Made by a program: the position numbers and the translations under genes. From positions 1 to 28,104 of the IMG/VR virus record IMGVR_UViG_3300032219_001957: a stretch of DNA of 28,104 bases; one strand, written 5' to 3'. This DNA comes from a virus (lineage: Duplodnaviria; Caudoviricetes). Within the stretch, counting starts at the first letter, position 1. The number at the start of each line of letters is the position of its first letter. The notes under the pieces are model-generated. The model saw nothing but the letters and a program-made list of their open reading frames with translations. It made no database searches and was not told the origin of the DNA. Of this stretch, positions 22,782-28,104 are shown one piece after another.

Positions 22782-25535
22782 TTAATTACTCCACGTAAAT
22801 ACTTTATTACCGCAATCCCAATACCGAGTATACCCGTTATTTTTCATGTTTTCCCATTCACTTAGACTATCATCATATAGAGACAATAACTTTCTAAGTT
22901 TGTGTTTTTGATATTTTGTCCTATGCGCCAGCCGCCCATTTTCAATATACCAATAATTGGGCGTAGTTGTATGACTTAATGTCATGCCTATCTTGGCGTA
23001 TACATCACCTGTATTCCATCTTAGGTCTGCATAACTGATAACTGATTTAGGGAGCACAGTTGATGTAAAGTGCGAAAATAATCTTGATGCCCCACCCACT
23101 ACTGAATGTTGAGTTGCATACCGAATTAATTCCCATTCATAATTTCTATTATATCTAGCCCTAGAAAATGACATTACTGCGACTAATTCATTTTCATATT
23201 TTAATCCAATTCTCACTGAAGCTGGAGCAGAACCTTGAATGTGATGCTGCACCATGAATGATTCGTAATCTACTGATTTAACTGGTACGATAACGCATTT
23301 CCTAGCAAAAACCTTGCGTTGTTTTCCCAATTTTGCCAAAATCCTATTTTTTACAATTTCAAATTGGTTAGATAGTTCATAGTCTGTTATATGAATCAGT
23401 TGAATACCCTTTTCTAATGCCAGGTTACTTTTTTTTGCATGATAGTACTTATCTTTGATATAATGTTCACTGTGCCAATATAACCCATCAATCTCTAATC
23501 CTATTTTAAATTCCGGAAGATATATATCTATCTCTTTCCCATCAAGTACAGTTCGATCACTGCTAATATGATGGAGATTGTGTTCTTTTAAAAAATCAAT
23601 TAACTTTAGTTCGAAGCTAGATATTGTAATATGTGGGCGGGTTATATTATGTTTTTTATAATATTTGAGCACAGTTGACCAAGCAATACCCAAACTTTCT
23701 GCTAGAACTGGCGAAGGTACATTTTTGTTTTCTTCTAACCACTGAGCATCATCAAGTTTATCATAAATGTTTATGTCTTTCCTAGCAGAAAGGGCACTAA
23801 TTCTATTGTTGGGTAAAAGTAATGCTGTACTTACCCCATATTTTTCTATGTTAGTAGATACTATTTTAGAATATACTTCTTTGTTTGATGCTGGGTTTAC
23901 TGTTCCATATCTCTCTAGGTTAGTCGTAATTCGTTTTTTATTGGCTTCTTCTGTGTTCGCTGGATTAGCAATACCATATTCCTTTAAAAACTTTTGCCTT
24001 TGGGCATTTACATATTCAGTGTTTTGTCGCGGATGCTGTACACCATAATTAATTATAGAGGTGTTTTTCTTTTTAGTTTGAATCTCGGCCGATTTAAACC
24101 CATCTTCCCCATAATTTCTGATTAATGTTGATGTCTTTTTACCCATTACATCTTTATTGTTAGACACGCATGATTTTGAGCAAAAGGTCGTGTACCCCTT
24201 TTTAAAAGAAATAAAGGTAGTTGGTGCTTGGCATTCTTGGCACAGTCGTGGGCCTAATAAATCATGATAACATTGGTATGCCTGTTCTTTTGTTACACTA
24301 TGTTTTTCCAGAGCCCTGGCATTTAAATTACCATTGGATGCCAACAAGAAATCTTGAACGAATTTTCTATTAACTGTTTGTTTATTAATCCAATCATTTT
24401 CCCACATTACAACTAAGTTGTATCCCATATCCTTAATATAGTTTTCTTTTTTTAATGTTTTTTCATACAATTCTTTGGCAGTTAGGTTTGAAAATGGGTT
24501 TGGTTGATCTGTTTCTCTAAACACTGCTAGATTACCGTGCCAAATATCGCCGTGGAATTCATATATGGTATTGGTGGCCGCGCAATACCCATCCGCTCTA
24601 TACCTAGTATTTGGAATAACATATTCACCCCCATTTAATGCATGTTGGATATCAATCCCATGGGTATTGGTTATAGATTCTATCCACTGGATGCACCGAT
24701 GTGAATAACCAAAATTATATTTTATACCAATTTCATGTTTTCTTAAATAATTTAATACAGTGGTCGCAGAAATACCCAGTTCATCAACTAACTGCTGTGT
24801 TGATTTATTGTGCGTAATATACTGCTCGTACAACCAGTCTGGATTCTCAATCAAAGGAAGAACATTGGAGATTTTAATTTGGCTGGTATGCCCCACCCCA
24901 TAGCTATGCAGGCGATCTTGTTGATCAGCCAGATATCGAATTTTTGCAAATTCTTTGGCAGTTTCAGACTGGGAATAATGATCAACACCATATCGTAAAC
25001 GGTAAGTATTGCGGCTCTTTGTTTTATACTCATCAGTTTGGGTGTAGTATTCGACACCATAGTTTTTGAGATTGTGTTCCTTATTTCTAATCTTACTTTC
25101 AGGTGTTGCGAAATAATTATTGACCCCAAACTTATTGTAAACGCCCTCCTGACGCAATTGTTTTATTTTCTCTTTGCTGTACCTAGTAGCAATAGTTTCT
25201 TGTATTTTTTCCACGGCACCAGACGCAAGGCGCTTTTCATTCCGGCATTCTAGTGTCACTGGATTTTTTCTTGAGCAAGAACTACTACAAAATATATGGT
25301 ACTTTCCTGAATTTAAATGAAACTTCGTATGGTTCCCACAGTAACACATGGGCCTAGTTTGTTGTTTATTCCTTAACGCCCACACCTTTTCGTCAATTGT
25401 GGAAAAATTTGATAATTCAGGTGAATTATTCATCACACTGATAAACTCCAAATGCAGGCGCTTCAAAAATCTATGTGAGTTTGATTGAATGCGTCTGTGG
25501 AATTCATCGACTAATTCATCGAACGTCATCTTCAC
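22782..25535 (-). CDS. large free-standing homing endonuclease with two Vsr/DUF559-like nuclease domains
   Basis: ADGY..IYEFHGDIWHG and IDIYLP..GLEIDGLYWHS; many (K/R/N)YGV repeats; C-terminal WELIRYA..GGASRLF..SYADLRW domain. Confidence 0.85.
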   Translation of the reverse strand: MKMTFDELVDEFHRRIQSNSHRFLKRLHLEFISVMNNSPELSNFSTIDEKVWALRNKQQTRPMCYCGNHTKFHLNSGKYHIFCSSSCSRKNPVTLECRNEKRLASGAVEKIQETIATRYSKEKIKQLRQEGVYNKFGVNNYFATPESKIRNKEHNLKNYGVEYYTQTDEYKTKSRNTYRLRYGVDHYSQSETAKEFAKIRYLADQQDRLHSYGVGHTSQIKISNVLPLIENPDWLYEQYITHNKSTQQLVDELGISATTVLNYLRKHEIGIKYNFGYSHRCIQWIESITNTHGIDIQHALNGGEYVIPNTRYRADGYCAATNTIYEFHGDIWHGNLAVFRETDQPNPFSNLTAKELYEKTLKKENYIKDMGYNLVVMWENDWINKQTVNRKFVQDFLLASNGNLNARALEKHSVTKEQAYQCYHDLLGPRLCQECQAPTTFISFKKGYTTFCSKSCVSNNKDVMGKKTSTLIRNYGEDGFKSAEIQTKKKNTSIINYGVQHPRQNTEYVNAQRQKFLKEYGIANPANTEEANKKRITTNLERYGTVNPASNKEVYSKIVSTNIEKYGVSTALLLPNNRISALSARKDINIYDKLDDAQWLEENKNVPSPVLAESLGIAWSTVLKYYKKHNITRPHITISSFELKLIDFLKEHNLHHISSDRTVLDGKEIDIYLPEFKIGLEIDGLYWHSEHYIKDKYYHAKKSNLALEKGIQLIHITDYELSNQFEIVKNRILAKLGKQRKVFARKCVIVPVKSVDYESFMVQHHIQGSAPASVRIGLKYENELVAVMSFSRARYNRNYEWELIRYATQHSVVGGASRLFSHFTSTVLPKSVISYADLRWNTGDVYAKIGMTLSHTTTPNYWYIENGRLAHRTKYQKHKLRKLLSLYDDSLSEWENMKNNGYTRYWDCGNKVFTWSN

Positions 25536-26469
25536 TGTTCTCGTCTAGTACCTCTACCCAGGTATCTGGAGTAACACAGCAAGACCTTAAATCCCCAAAC
25601 CATTTTTTTAAGAATGGCACCATCCCTGTATGCATAATTTCCCCGCCCCGAATAGCAGAGCCCAATGGGCGCAATCTACCAATTTCTAACCCAATGCCAG
25701 CACGCTTGCTAGCATATTTGGCCATCATTTCGCCTGAAGCAAAGATGCTGTCGAGATTATCATCACTACGAATAAGAACACAAGATGAAAATTGCTTAGT
25801 GGGTGTACCTAACCCAGCAAGGACAGGAGTAGCCAATGTAAAAAGACCATCACTGGCAGCGGTGTAATATTCTTTAATATATCGCATACGAGCATTATTT
25901 GGTTCTTCTTTGTGAAACACTGTGGCGGCGGCTACAATGTACCGGATTTGCGGGGTTTCATAGATTTTCTTTGTGCTACGATTTTTTACTAGATATTTTT
26001 CGATTAATTGCTCAATTGCGGCATAACTATACTGCTCATCCTTTTCATGGTCTAACATAGCATCCATGCGATCCCAATCTGCCTCAGTATACCATTCTAA
26101 CAATTCTTGGGTGTATAACCCCGTAGCTACATTTGCCTTTATAACTTCATATAGTTTTGGTACAGCATACCGTCCATATACATCTTTTCTCAGCATAGAT
26201 AATCTGTGTTTTCCCGCTACATATTGGTAGTTGGTATGGCCTACATCTGGATTAGTTTCAACGTCGATCAAATCTACAATTGCGCGAAGAGTGATTCCAT
26301 CGATTTCTTCGGTAGTAATACCATCATAAAAGTTTGGGTGCGCTTTGACTTCTACCATCGATGGGCTAACATCAGATATACCTTGGCAAATTTTAGCCAC
26401 ATGATTTTGCCATTTTTCTAATGCAAGGGGCTCTTTTGTACCATTCCGTTTGGTGACCATAATTTTCAT
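25516..26469 (-). CDS. nrdA: NrdA part 1: ATP-cone/N-terminal extein + 20-aa IntN1 (25578..25516)
   Basis: VTKRNG ATP cone, ATPVLAG, QFSSCVL, AGIG, DLRSC|CVTPDTWVEVLDENSEDDVR-stop. Confidence 0.95.
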   Translation of the reverse strand: MKIMVTKRNGTKEPLALEKWQNHVAKICQGISDVSPSMVEVKAHPNFYDGITTEEIDGITLRAIVDLIDVETNPDVGHTNYQYVAGKHRLSMLRKDVYGRYAVPKLYEVIKANVATGLYTQELLEWYTEADWDRMDAMLDHEKDEQYSYAAIEQLIEKYLVKNRSTKKIYETPQIRYIVAAATVFHKEEPNNARMRYIKEYYTAASDGLFTLATPVLAGLGTPTKQFSSCVLIRSDDNLDSIFASGEMMAKYASKRAGIGLEIGRLRPLGSAIRGGEIMHTGMVPFLKKWFGDLRSCCVTPDTWVEVLDENSEDDVR

Positions 26470-26473
26470 ATTG

Positions 26474-26917
26474 TTAACCTAATAATTTATTTTTTATCTG
26501 TGCTATATCTATAGAAATACTGAATTTAAAATCTAGTAGAGAAGTACTTATTACTGAATCTGGCCAGTAATTAAGTGTGTATTTTGCGTTATCAACGATG
26601 ACTATAGCCACATCCTCGCCCATATCATTTTTACCCAAATTATATTCTATATTATCTATGCCCAATAATAATAGAGTATAACATATTCCTAGACCTCTAG
26701 CAATAGTACAATAAGAATTTTCTACCAATAATTCCCAAGGATTAGGCCAAACAGACACATCTACTGGGTGTAGATAATGGTTAACTAGTGGAGCATACTG
26801 CCACCAACTATCTGTTTGAACACATACATCTTTAATATTTTGGTTTTTTAGAGCAAGTCTAAGATCATACCAAGATTTAAGTCTAGACTCATAATCGTGT
26901 TGAAAAATATTGTTCAT
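26474..26917 (-). CDS. hypothetical phage protein
   Basis: 147-aa ORF, ATG 4 nt after TAAATA; WPNPWELL..YCTIARGLG motif. Confidence 0.78.
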   Translation of the reverse strand: MNNIFQHDYESRLKSWYDLRLALKNQNIKDVCVQTDSWWQYAPLVNHYLHPVDVSVWPNPWELLVENSYCTIARGLGICYTLLLLGIDNIEYNLGKNDMGEDVAIVIVDNAKYTLNYWPDSVISTSLLDFKFSISIDIAQIKNKLLG

Positions 26918-27013
26918 GTGTTATTTAGCGCTATAATAGGGGGTGGTATTAATTTAGGTAGAGGCGTAAACTAGTTGTAGAACTTTCAACTCATTCTACA
27001 ACCAGACTACTCA

Positions 27014-28104
27014 TTAATCGTGTGATTTGATTAATACAAACCCTGCGGTCACCCCTACCCCTGCGACAGATACTCGGGCTCTCAGTAGCTGCCAATTTTG
27101 ACCCGAAACGTTTACTGATACTGTAGAAGATGCGATTGCAGTTAATGGTGAACCAATAGATGTCCAAGTAAGACCATTGTCCTCTGAACCCTCAAGTTGT
27201 AATTGTGGGGCAGTAGTCGTAATTGCACCTACGTTAACTACCAACTTTACTTGATTGCCAAATTGTGATGCCAATAACGAAGGTGTGACCGAGTTGAGCG
27301 TTGTCAGAATAATACTACGGTCAATAAGTTGTCTTAGCATTGGCGCTGGATAGGAACTTTGCAGCCTATTAATTGCGCGGGTAAATGAAGGCGTTGTTCC
27401 GCCCACTGTTTGAACATAACGAACACGATTACCTGTAAGTTGAATTGTTGGGCTACGATATATACCAGTTGCAGTTATTCTTGGGAAATCATAAACTTTA
27501 TACCAGTTTGTGCCAGAATCATCACTTTCCTCAATGGAAACGTCTAGTGTTGGGTTAGTTCCAGTTACTGTAGTAACTGGAATGTTTACTTCATATGAAA
27601 TACCAAATGTGGGCGTAATAGCCGCGACCGTGGCAGTAGATGTGAGTGCGGCGGAAGCTACGTCGGCAATAGTACCTGGTATACCTAGGTTAGCTGAGGT
27701 AATCGCTGCCACAGTTGTTACACCAGTAACAGTAGTAACTGTTGTTACTGTGGTTACACCAGTTAGTGTGCCTGTTACAGCAGTTGAACCACCTTGTAAT
27801 ACAACTGGGAAGGCGCTTGCTTGATCTGATGCCGGCCTCGGTAATGATTCTACGCGCAATCTAGATATTTCGAACAATCTGACATAACTAATACGAAGAT
27901 CAGTTCGTTTGATTACACCCCCACCTGTGTTGGTTGTTGTAATATTAGCACCTGTTGGTGTAGTTCCGATTGGCTCAAGTTCAAGAGAAGTTGTGGCAAA
28001 ACTGCGGACACGATATGCTCCATCAACACCCAATGTATCTCCAGTTACTATATCACGGACCCCCACGATATTTACATAGTCTCCTATTACCAAACCTGCC
28101 CAAG
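27014..28104 (-). CDS. partial virion structural / tail-fibre-like protein (5' end outside window)
   Basis: Thr/Val/Gly-rich, TGVTTVTTVTTVTGVTTV repeat, two similar S(D/E)DxGxxW beta domains. Confidence 0.65.
   Translation of the reverse strand, partial: WAGLVIGDYVNIVGVRDIVTGDTLGVDGAYRVRSFATTSLELEPIGTTPTGANITTTNTGGGVIKRTDLRISYVRLFEISRLRVESLPRPASDQASAFPVVLQGGSTAVTGTLTGVTTVTTVTTVTGVTTVAAITSANLGIPGTIADVASAALTSTATVAAITPTFGISYEVNIPVTTVTGTNPTLDVSIEESDDSGTNWYKVYDFPRITATGIYRSPTIQLTGNRVRYVQTVGGTTPSFTRAINRLQSSYPAPMLRQLIDRSIILTTLNSVTPSLLASQFGNQVKLVVNVGAITTTAPQLQLEGSEDNGLTWTSIGSPLTAIASSTVSVNVSGQNWQLLRARVSVAGVGVTAGFVLIKSHD

Noticed and set aside
27710-27780. Thr/Val codon repeat
   Set aside because: Low-complexity protein repeat within a structural gene, not a DNA repeat element.
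12460-27824. Plus-strand ORFs opposite the long minus-strand genes
   Set aside because: Antisense shadows of well-supported genes.
1-28104. CRISPR array or stop-codon recoding
   Set aside because: No regularly spaced direct repeats; long genes read through in code 11 and no CTA/TCA suppressor tRNA was found.

Overview
This window looks like part of a large (jumbo, T4-like) dsDNA phage genome using the standard genetic code, with almost all genes on the minus strand. The left ~11 kb is a tRNA/ncRNA array of about 20 tRNA or tRNA-like genes. It includes a group I intron in tRNA-Thr(UGU), two tRNA-Arg genes with a rearranged D-arm, a circularly permuted tRNA-like RNA with YrlA/Y-RNA topology and several CCA-ended non-cloverleaf RNAs. 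Six free-standing homing endonuclease genes sit on broken or duplicated tRNA ends. At the head of the array is an unannotated 43-codon leader ORF whose stop codon lies inside an antiterminator hairpin that competes with an intrinsic terminator. This is the layout of a ribosome-dependent attenuator that could switch phage tRNAs on when translation stalls, and it is followed by a boxA-like structured leader motif that occurs twice. The right ~17 kb holds a cell-wall hydrolase, virion/PAAR genes, glutaredoxin, nrdB, duplicated class II aldolases with a glyA remnant, and an nrdA split into three ORFs joined by two split inteins. All calls were made by eye; no database searches or folding programs were run.
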